Assembly: GCA_965213925.1 (NCBI GenBank)
Contig: OZ243927.1
Location: 3,712,001 to 3,776,000, forward strand
DNA: 64,000 nucleotides
Direction of reading: 5' to 3'
Origin: Trueperaceae bacterium
Lineage (GTDB): Bacteria > Deinococcota > Deinococci > Deinococcales > Trueperaceae
Part shown: positions 22,519-30,700 of the stretch, one piece after another
Layout of the letters: every line of letters begins with the position of its first letter
Position numbering within the stretch: the stretch's first letter is position 1
Program-made: the position numbers and the translations under genes
Notes under the pieces: model-generated
Told to the model about the DNA's origin: nothing
The model's database searches: none
The model's input: the letters and a program-made list of their open reading frames with translations, nothing else

Positions 22519-23390
22519 CGGGTCAGCTCTCTCTCGGGCATTCGGTTAGGCGTTTTGCGCGCAGCAGGATCGTCAGGACCTTTCTGCGCCACCGGGTCGG
22601 GCTCGTCGGCTTGGGCATCGTCACCCTGTTCAGCCTCGCGGCGATCTTCGCGCCGCTGCTCGCGCCGCACGACCCCCTGGAGCAGCGCATCGCGACGGCG
22701 CGGCTCGAGCCCCCTTCCGCCGAGTACCCGCTCGGCACCGACGAACTCGGGCGCGACCTCTTGAGCCGCCTCATCTACGGCGCGCGCATCTCCATGCGCA
22801 TCGGGCTCATCGCCGAGGGCATCGCGCTGAGTATCGGCATCGTGCTCGGCAGTTTGGCAGGCTACTTAGGGGGTTGGGTGGACAACCTCATCATGCGCCT
22901 CACCGACGTGTTCTTCGCGATCCCTTCCCTACTCTTCTTGATCGTCGTCGTATTCATCTTCGACGCGAACGCCACCACCATCTTCGTGGCGCTCGGGCTG
23001 ATCAGTTGGCCCAGCGAGGCGCGGCTCATGCGCTCGGAGGTGCTACGCTTACGCGGGCGCGAGTTCGTGACCGCCGCTGAAGCGTTAGGCTCGCCCAAAG
23101 GTCGCGTCATCGTCCGCCACATCCTCCCCAACGCGCTCGCGTCGATGGTCGTGCTCGGCTCGCTGGGCGTCGCCGGGGCGATTTTGAGCGAAGCGACGCT
23201 CTCCTTTTTAGGGCTAGGCATCCAGCAGCCCGTACCGAGTTGGGGCACGATGATCAATCAGGGGCAGGAGTACATCTTCACCGCCTGGTGGTATAGCGTC
23301 TTTCCGGGGCTCACCATCATGCTCGTGGTGCTCGGTTTCAACTTCGTGGGCGACGCCTTGCGCGACGCGCTGGCGGTCGAGGAGCGCTGA
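22515..23390 (+). CDS. ABC transporter permease (DppC/OppC)
   Basis: LGTDELGRD, EFVTAAEALG and GDALRDAL motifs. Confidence 0.92.
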   Translation: MTGQLSLGHSVRRFARSRIVRTFLRHRVGLVGLGIVTLFSLAAIFAPLLAPHDPLEQRIATARLEPPSAEYPLGTDELGRDLLSRLIYGARISMRIGLIAEGIALSIGIVLGSLAGYLGGWVDNLIMRLTDVFFAIPSLLFLIVVVFIFDANATTIFVALGLISWPSEARLMRSEVLRLRGREFVTAAEALGSPKGRVIVRHILPNALASMVVLGSLGVAGAILSEATLSFLGLGIQQPVPSWGTMINQGQEYIFTAWWYSVFPGLTIMLVVLGFNFVGDALRDALAVEER

Positions 23391-23396
23391 GTACAT

Positions 23397-23429
23397 AAAA
23401 AGAGCGCCCCCTTTGGGAGAAAGGGGGCG
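23397..23429. terminator. Intrinsic terminator hairpin (U-tract on the minus strand)
   Basis: aaaaagag cgccccctt...aagggggcg. Confidence 0.7.
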
Positions 23430-23592
23430 AGAGAGGAGAGGCAGGGCGCAAATGGTGATGCATGACGTGGTAGATGACGGTTCACGGTGTTGCCCTGCCT
23501 GAATGTACTGTAGGGGATGGGGTGTCACAGGATTCTTACAAAGTAGCTTACACGAGGTTCCAGAGCAAGACGTAAGCAGGAGTACTACGCTA

Positions 23593-23704
23593 AGCCCACC
23601 AGAGGGACGCTTTCACGCAGCCGTTTAGGGAGGCTGCAATGAAGCAATCTCTCTAGCGGGCTACTAACGCCCCCCGGCGGAAGGTTACGAGGCCTCGCCT
23701 CGTA
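23593..23704 (-). ncRNA. Putative structured small RNA, copy 1
   Basis: TATACT at 23711-23716, a 5' hairpin and a long 3' hairpin. Paralog at 27215-27325. Confidence 0.55.
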
Positions 23705-24210
23705 GTTGCGAGTATACCGTAAAAGACTGGCGTTTGTTATATGTAGCGGATTTGGCCGTCTTGCTACGTTTGCAGAGCGTTTTATACGGATTCCATGATT
23801 ATGGAATCCGTACGAGTAGTCTGGATAGTCTTTCGTTCTATCTGAAGAGGTAGAATAAACGTCCCAATCAAGTGCGCGAAGGGGTTGCTCGAGCTTAGAG
23901 CAACCCCTCTCTAGCTCGCCAAACGTCACGGCTCTTTAGAGGTTGAAGGTGGCGTTTAAGCGCCGCGTGACAGGGCAATACCTACAAACTTCGGAAAGAG
24001 GTTGGAGAGTGGCGGGCGGCGGATGAGGCGGCTCGGAAGCGTAACTGTGGCGCAGAGAGCCCAAGAAGGTACGTAACTGTACGTAAGAATGATATATTGT
24101 CATTAGCTGCTCAAAAGCTTGCGTGGGCTTACGCTACGCGCCTACGCGCTTCACCGCTGTGTGAGGAACCACTCTACACTACGTTCTAACCTATGGTTCA
24201 AAGGAGTTAC

Positions 24211-25407
24211 ATGACAGGTCCCAGCAGCAGGAAATCGTTCATTGGCCCCTTGCTCGTCCTTCTCTCGGTGGGGCTCTTGGTGGGGTCCCTAGCCGCTTGT
24301 GACGGCGGCGAGACCGAGCAGGAGGAACTGCAGAGCGAACTCACCAGCGCCCGCGACGAGCTGGAGACGACTCGAGAGCGCCTCGGCGACCTGAATAGCG
24401 AGATCGTGACGGCGCGCGCCGGCTCACAGAGTCTCAGGCAGCAGGCCCTCACCCTGGAGGAGGCTAACCAGGTTCGCGCGGACGACGCGGAAGGGGTCGA
24501 GGCGCTGCGCTCGCGAATCGTGGCTCTCGAGGACGACGCGGCGACCTTTGCCGAAACGCAAGCGGAACTTGACGAGGCGCTCGGAAATATCAACTTGGAG
24601 ATTGGCCGGGCTAGCGACCGCGTCCAAGGGGCGCGGAGCGAGCGTGACGGGCTGCTCTCGCAGCTTGCCGAGGCCCAGGCTGCGGTTGCCCAGGGCGGCG
24701 CACAGCTCCAGGAGACCAGAGAAGCCGGCGCAGCAACGCTCACGGCTACCGATAATGAGCGCACGCAGGCCCTCCAAGAGGCTGAACTGCTGCGCGTTCA
24801 AGGCGCGGAGTTAGCCACTCAGATCGCTGAGCAGCGCGAGCAGCTCAGGATGGATGAGGAGACGCTCACGGCGGCGCAAGGCCAGGTCGCCCAACTCGTA
24901 GAGCAGCAGGCGAGCTTGGTCGAGGGGATCGAGCGCACGCGGCGCGAGATTGAAACGCGCCCTAGTGCGGCGGAGGTCGAGCAGCTTTACGCGGAACGTA
25001 GCGACGCAGTAGCCGCACTTGAGGAGGTGCGCGCCGCGCTTAACGCGCGCCCTCGCAGGGAGCAGCTCAACGCCTTTTTGCGCGAAGCCGACGCGCTGCG
25101 TGCGCAGCTCGAGGGGCGACCCGACCCGCAGCTCCTCGAGGATGTGCGAGCGCGCACGCAGGCGCTTAGAGCAGAGCTTGCCGAGAGACCTACGCCCGAC
25201 GCGCTGCAGGCGGCTCAGGCGCGCGTGCGCACGCTGCAAGAGCAGCTCGAGGCGCGGCCCACAGAGGCTGAGTTGGCCGCCGTGCGCGAGCAGATTCGCA
25301 CGCTGGAATTGCAAAGCGCCGCCCCCGCAGCCGGTGGGGACCAAGCCCCCCGAGAGGGCGAGGCTCTACCGGAACCCAGTGCACCTGATGGGGAGGAGAC
25401 ACCGTGA
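24211..25407 (+). CDS. Coiled-coil lipoprotein with 23-aa RP repeats (paralog 1)
   Basis: LAAC lipobox, heptad-rich body, AAGGAG before ATG 24211. Confidence 0.8.
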   Translation: MTGPSSRKSFIGPLLVLLSVGLLVGSLAACDGGETEQEELQSELTSARDELETTRERLGDLNSEIVTARAGSQSLRQQALTLEEANQVRADDAEGVEALRSRIVALEDDAATFAETQAELDEALGNINLEIGRASDRVQGARSERDGLLSQLAEAQAAVAQGGAQLQETREAGAATLTATDNERTQALQEAELLRVQGAELATQIAEQREQLRMDEETLTAAQGQVAQLVEQQASLVEGIERTRREIETRPSAAEVEQLYAERSDAVAALEEVRAALNARPRREQLNAFLREADALRAQLEGRPDPQLLEDVRARTQALRAELAERPTPDALQAAQARVRTLQEQLEARPTEAELAAVREQIRTLELQSAAPAAGGDQAPREGEALPEPSAPDGEETP

Positions 25408-26594
25408 AGGTATCTAAAGCTCAGATTGTGGGCGTCACACTCCTGCTGCTATTAAGCCTGGGCGCTTGCGAGCGCAACAGCGGGCGAGAGGTGCTCCAGA
25501 ACGAGCTCCAAGATGAACTCAGCACCGCGCGCGCGGAACTCCAGGAGGTGCGCGCGCAACTGGGTGAACTCGAGGACGAACTGGCAGCGGCGCGTGCGGG
25601 GGCGCAAAGCTTGAACGCGCAAGCCGCCACGCTGGATCAGGCGAGCGCTACCCTCTCGGATAACAGCGAAGGGGTCGGGGCGCTCAGGGCGCGCGCTGAC
25701 GAGCTAGAAACGCAAACCACCGCCTTCGCCGAAGACCAGAGGCGGCTCAACCGCGAACTGAACACAGCCCGCCTGGAGCTGGGGGGGCTCCAAGATCAAC
25801 TGCGCTCGGTTTCAGATGAGCGCGACGACCTGCTCACGAGGCTGTCTCAACTGCGCGCTGCGAACGTCCAGCAAGCGGCGAACCTCGAGGGGTCGGACGC
25901 GGTCGAAGCCACGCGCCGCGCCGCAGCCGAAGCCGCGCGGGACGCGGCGCGCCGCGAGGTCGAGGCCCTGAGAGAGCGCAACGAGGAGCTGCGAGCGCTG
26001 AGTAGCGAGTTGGCAACGCAGTTGGGCGAATCCCGGAGGCTGGTCACCCAGGTGAACGAAGAGGTGGGCGGGCTTACAGAGACGCAGACCACCTTGCAGC
26101 AGGAGCTAACGAGCACTCGCAACGAACTCGAGACCCTCCCGGACGAGGCCGAACGCCGCGCGCTGACAGCGGCGCGGGACGAGGCGCGCGCGCAGCTCGA
26201 GGTGCTGAACCTGGAGTTAAACGCCCGGCCCACCCAGGAGCAGCTAGGCACCGCTCAAGAAGAGGTCGGGAATTTGCGCGCGGACCTCGAAGCGCGGCCC
26301 GCGCGCGCGCAACTCCAAGCCGTGCGCGCCCAGGCCCAGACCCTCGAAGCGGAGCTGAACGCACGGCCCACCCAGGGGGCGCTCGAGGCGGCCCAGGCCC
26401 GCGCCCAGGCCCTCGAGCAGGAGCTTCAAGGGCGACCTACCCGAGCAGCTTTAGACGCTGCGCGCGCGCAGCTCCAGGCTTTACAGCAAGAGAGCACAGC
26501 ACCTGCGCCGAGCCCTGCACCTACCCAAGGGGGACAACCGCCGCAACCCGCCAACCAACCGCCGCAGGGCGACGCGCCACCTCAAGGTGAGTAG
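25404..26594 (+). CDS. Coiled-coil lipoprotein with 23-aa RP repeats (paralog 2)
   Basis: LGAC lipobox, GTGA overlap with paralog 1, Pro/Gln-rich tail. Confidence 0.8.
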   Translation: MKVSKAQIVGVTLLLLLSLGACERNSGREVLQNELQDELSTARAELQEVRAQLGELEDELAAARAGAQSLNAQAATLDQASATLSDNSEGVGALRARADELETQTTAFAEDQRRLNRELNTARLELGGLQDQLRSVSDERDDLLTRLSQLRAANVQQAANLEGSDAVEATRRAAAEAARDAARREVEALRERNEELRALSSELATQLGESRRLVTQVNEEVGGLTETQTTLQQELTSTRNELETLPDEAERRALTAARDEARAQLEVLNLELNARPTQEQLGTAQEEVGNLRADLEARPARAQLQAVRAQAQTLEAELNARPTQGALEAAQARAQALEQELQGRPTRAALDAARAQLQALQQESTAPAPSPAPTQGGQPPQPANQPPQGDAPPQGE

Positions 26595-26695
26595 CGCAGT
26601 GTCAGGAAGCTTAGCAGCAAGCGTGGCTGCGAAACTTCTCAGCCCCAACTCTAGGGCTGCTACAAAACTCAGCCGCCTACTCGACCAACATCTAT

Positions 26696-26727
26696 AAAGG
26701 AAAGCCTCTTTCCGAGGCTTTCCTTTT
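26696..26727. terminator. Bidirectional terminator
   Basis: aaaggaaagcctc-tttcc-gaggctttcctttt. Confidence 0.8.
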
Positions 26728-26741
26728 CATAGCTTTTCTTT

Positions 26742-26816
26742 TGGTAGGCGCGGGCAGGATTGAACTGCCGACCTCCACAGTGTCAGTGTGGCGCTCTCCC
26801 ACTGAGCTACGCGCCT
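26742..26816 (-). tRNA. tRNA-Val(GAC)
   Basis: AGGCGCGTAGCTCAGTGGGAGAGC...CT-GAC-AC...GTTCAATC...CGCGCCTACCA cloverleaf. Confidence 0.95.
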
Positions 26817-26904
26817 ATGCGCTAGGTTGCTAAGTGCGTGTGGGTCTGCACTTGGGTATCACCTCACAGGTAATTTGCGGGCGAGATGATACCGCCAGGT
26901 TCCT

Positions 26905-26979
<75 letters not shown>

Positions 26980-27097
26980 AAGGAAGAAGAGAATATCACG
27001 CTGTAAGTGAGGGTGTCAACGTTAAGCATGACGCGAGAAGGCTCCTCCGCGCGAAATTGTGAAGCTGCGGCTTATCTCAGTAAGCTGCAAACGCTGA

Positions 27098-27184
27098 GGT
27101 GGGGTAGCCCCCGCAGCTCGCAGCACTGCTGCCGACACCGGGGGGCTTAAAGGTCGTGCAGCGGCGGCTGCGCGACGCCACCCC
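27098..27184 (-). ncRNA. Putative ~87-nt three-way-junction small RNA
   Basis: TATACT 6 nt upstream; 5' GGGGTGG pairs with 3' CTACCCC; two internal hairpins. Confidence 0.45.
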
Positions 27185-27214
27185 TGGTTCAGTATAGCGC
27201 ACGCTCTAAAAAGG

Positions 27215-27325
27215 AAAACCCGCCAGAGGGACGCTTCCGTGCAACCCCTAGAAAGGCTACACGAAGGCAGTCTCTCTAGCGGGCTACTCACGCCCCCAGC
27301 GGATGTCGCGAGGTCAGGCCTCGCA
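27215..27325 (-). ncRNA. Putative structured small RNA, copy 2
   Basis: TAAAAT at 27332-27337, same two-hairpin fold as copy 1, ends in a U-tract. Confidence 0.55.
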
Positions 27326-27424
27326 AGCACTATTTTATACCGTATGCGCGACAATTGCATAACGCGCGGCTCGACTTCGCTAGCTACCTTACATGTTACC
27401 TTAAAATTTAAGGTATAGTACCTT

Positions 27425-27631
27425 ATGGAAAACTTCACTTCTCTAAGCGGAGCAGTTACGCCTGATGTTGCCGTGCTCATCCGGGCGGTGCTCCTTACCA
27501 CGCTCATCTTCGGGCTCGAGGCGCTCAGCAACGCGAGGCGCAAAGTCGGACGTGACAAGGTGACGCGTAAGGTGCGTCAACCCGAGCACGCTAGGGGGAA
27601 GCTCGCAAAAAAGCAGGTCGTCAGAGCTTAG
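27425..27631 (+). CDS. Small single-TM protein with a basic C-terminus (leaderless)
   Basis: TATAGT 5 nt before ATG; hydrophobic VAVLIRAVLLTTLIFGL followed by a K/R-rich tail. Confidence 0.55.
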   Translation: MENFTSLSGAVTPDVAVLIRAVLLTTLIFGLEALSNARRKVGRDKVTRKVRQPEHARGKLAKKQVVRA

Positions 27632-27729
27632 CAAGAGATGAGATAGGAGCGCTGAAAGGAGATAAAGGGTAGCCAGTACTCACCAAGCGACCTTTGACGT
27701 CGCCTCTCCAAGCACTGTTATATTGAGCT

Positions 27730-30700
27730 ATGGCGAACCCCTCCCCCACCTCCAAAACACAGTTTGCCCACCTCCACCAGCACACCGCCTATAGCCTCCT
27801 AGACGGCGCGGCGCGCATCAAAGACCTCATGAAGTGGGTCAAAGAGGTCTCGCCCGAGAACCCTGTTCTGGCGATGACCGACCACGGCAACATGCACGGC
27901 GCGGTGGAGTTCTATAAAGCGGCGGAAAAAGAGGGTGTCAAGCCGATTTTAGGCTTCGAGGCGTACGTGACGGCGGGCTCTCGTTTTGAAAAGAAAAAGC
28001 CGAGTTCAAAGTTAGACGGTGGCTACTTTCACCTCACCTTGTTGGCAAAGAACTTTACGGGCTACCAGAACCTCTGCAAACTGAATTCGCGTGGCTGGCT
28101 CGAGGGCTTCTACATGAAACCCCGCGTAGACCACGAGCTTTTGCGCGAATACTCAGAAGGCGTCATCGCCATGTCGGGCTGCTTGGGGGCGCAGATACCT
28201 AGAAACCTCTTAGATTTAGGACCCGAGCAGGGCGAAGCGGTCTTGCAGCAATATCTGGACATTTACGGTGAGAACTTCTTTATCGAGTTGCAGAACCACG
28301 TGCCAGAGCGCGCCGAGGACATGGACTCGAGCCTCCGCGACTTAGCCGAGCAGCAGACGCGCCTTAACCCGATGCTTAAAAGTTTGGCGAATAAGTACGG
28401 GCTGGGCATGGTCGCCACCAACGACGGGCACTACGTCAAGAAAGAGGACGCCAAAGCGCACGAAGCGCTCTTAGCGATTCAGACGAAGACGACTCTGTCC
28501 GACCCCGGACGCTTCAAGTTTCCCTGCGACGAGTTCTACGTTAAGACGCCCGAAGAGATGGCGCGGGCGATCCCTGAAGACGAGTATCCGAGCGCGTTAG
28601 CTAACAGCATGAACGTCGCGGACCTCTGCGACGTGACGCTGCCGATTGGCTCCAAGCGCGTCTACCAGATGCCCGAGCTGCCGATTCCGGCAGGGCGGAC
28701 GCTCGCCGAGCAGCTCAGGGTACAGACATACGAAGGCTTGACCACGCGCTACGAAGAGATTACCGAAGACCTCTACCGCGACTATTTAGCGTGCTCGGGC
28801 GAGAGTGTGCCGAGTGAGGCGGAAGCGGTCTACCTCAAGCTGGCGCAAGTCGGGGAAAGAGGTCGGACGCCGAAAGAAGAGGGGCAGAACTTCGACACGT
28901 TCGCGTATCCTTGTCTAAAGGCATTTAGAGAACAAGGCACGGCGAGCGAAGAGGCGCTCTTGATTCTCGAGCGCGCCGAATTCGAACTCGGTGTAATTAT
29001 CGCGATGGGCTTTCCCGACTACTTTTTGATCGTCGCGGACTTCATCAACTGGGCGAAGGACCACGGCATCGCGGTCGGACCAGGGCGCGGCTCGGGGGCG
29101 GGCTCCATCGTCGCCTTTGCGACGCGTATCACCGACATCGATCCCTTGGAGTTCGACCTCTTGTTCGAGCGCTTTTTGAACCCCGATAGGGTCTCCATGC
29201 CCGACTTCGACGTGGACTTCTCCGACACGCGGCGCATGGAGGTCGTGGACTATGTGCGGCGAAAGTACGGCGAGGAGAAGGTCGCGCAGATCGCCACCTT
29301 CGGGACGATGGCGTCCAAAGCGGCGATTCGGGATGCGGCGCGAGTGTTAGAAGCGCCTTATGCCGACGCCGACGCGGTCTCGAAACTCATCCCCGTTGTG
29401 TTCGGACGCTCCACGCCGATAGCCAGGGCGATGGATGAAGTTACCGAGATCAAGCAGCTCTACGACAACGGTGCGAAGGAGTTCGTGGACGTCGCGATGA
29501 GTTTGGAGGGCTTGACGCGCCACGCCTCGGTGCACGCGGCGGGCGTCATCATCGCCCGCGAGCCCGTGCAAGAACTCGCGCCCGTCTTTCGCAGCGGCGA
29601 CGGTCCCATCGTCTGTCAGTACGACATGGGCTCGGTGGAGGACTTGGGTTTTATCAAGATGGACTTTTTGGGCCTCAGGACGCTCTCCTTTATCGAGGCG
29701 GCGATTCGCATTGTCAAGGAGTCGCGCGGGGTGGAACTCGACCCGGACGCGTTCCCGAAAGACGACGAGAAGACGTTTGGGCTCCTCTCGAGGGGCGAAG
29801 CCGCCGGCGTCTTCCAGTTCGAGTCGCCCGGCATGGTCGATACGCTCAAAAAGCTCAAGCCGCGCCGCGTCCAAGACCTCATCGCGGTCTCGGCACTCTA
29901 CCGCCCCGGTCCGATGGAGAACATCCCGACCTACATCCGGCGGCACCACGGCGCGGACAATCCGGACTTTTCCGAGGACCCCTACGCGGAGTTTCCCGAG
30001 TCGCGACAGTATTTAGAGTCCATCTTAGAAGAGACCTACGGCATCCCTGTCTATCAAGAACAGATCATGCAGATCGCTCAAGCCGTGGCGGGCTACTCTT
30101 TGGGCGAAGCCGACCTCTTGCGGCGGGCGATGGGTAAGAAAAAAGTCGAGGAGATGGAAAAGCAGCGCAAAATCTTTTTAGAGGGTGCGAAGGCGAAGGG
30201 TATCCCTAAAGATGAAGCGAGCCGCATCTTCGACCTCTTGGAGAAGTTCGCGAACTACGGCTTTAACAAGTGCGTCGTGGGCGAGACGCTCATCCCGGAC
30301 GCACAGACGGGGCAGCTTCACACTGCCGCAGACCTCTTTAGTGAACACCACCGACCTGAAGTCGTGAGCGTTCAAGAGGACTTCAGTCTGACGCAGAGTA
30401 AAACGGTGCAGACGATGCAAAACGGTGTTAAACCCGTTTACACCCTCACCACCTCTTTGGGCAAAGAGATTATAGCGACGGGCAACCATCCGTTTAGAAC
30501 GCTGGACGGCTGGAAGAACTTAGAAGATTTGCGCGTAGGCGAGCGCGTCGCGTCGCCCGCGCACCTGTCTGTGGCGGGGCAAGAGGTCTGGGACGCGCAC
30601 AAGCTCATCACGCTGGGTTGGACGCTCGCGGAGGGTAACACGTGTCATCCATGTGGCGTTTACCTCTACAGCAACAACGAGGCTACCGTGGCGGATATGG

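Noticed and set aside
28765..28960. Extra segment in DnaE as a second intein
   Set aside because: No splicing motifs; consistent with the known Deinococcus-Thermus-specific insertion.
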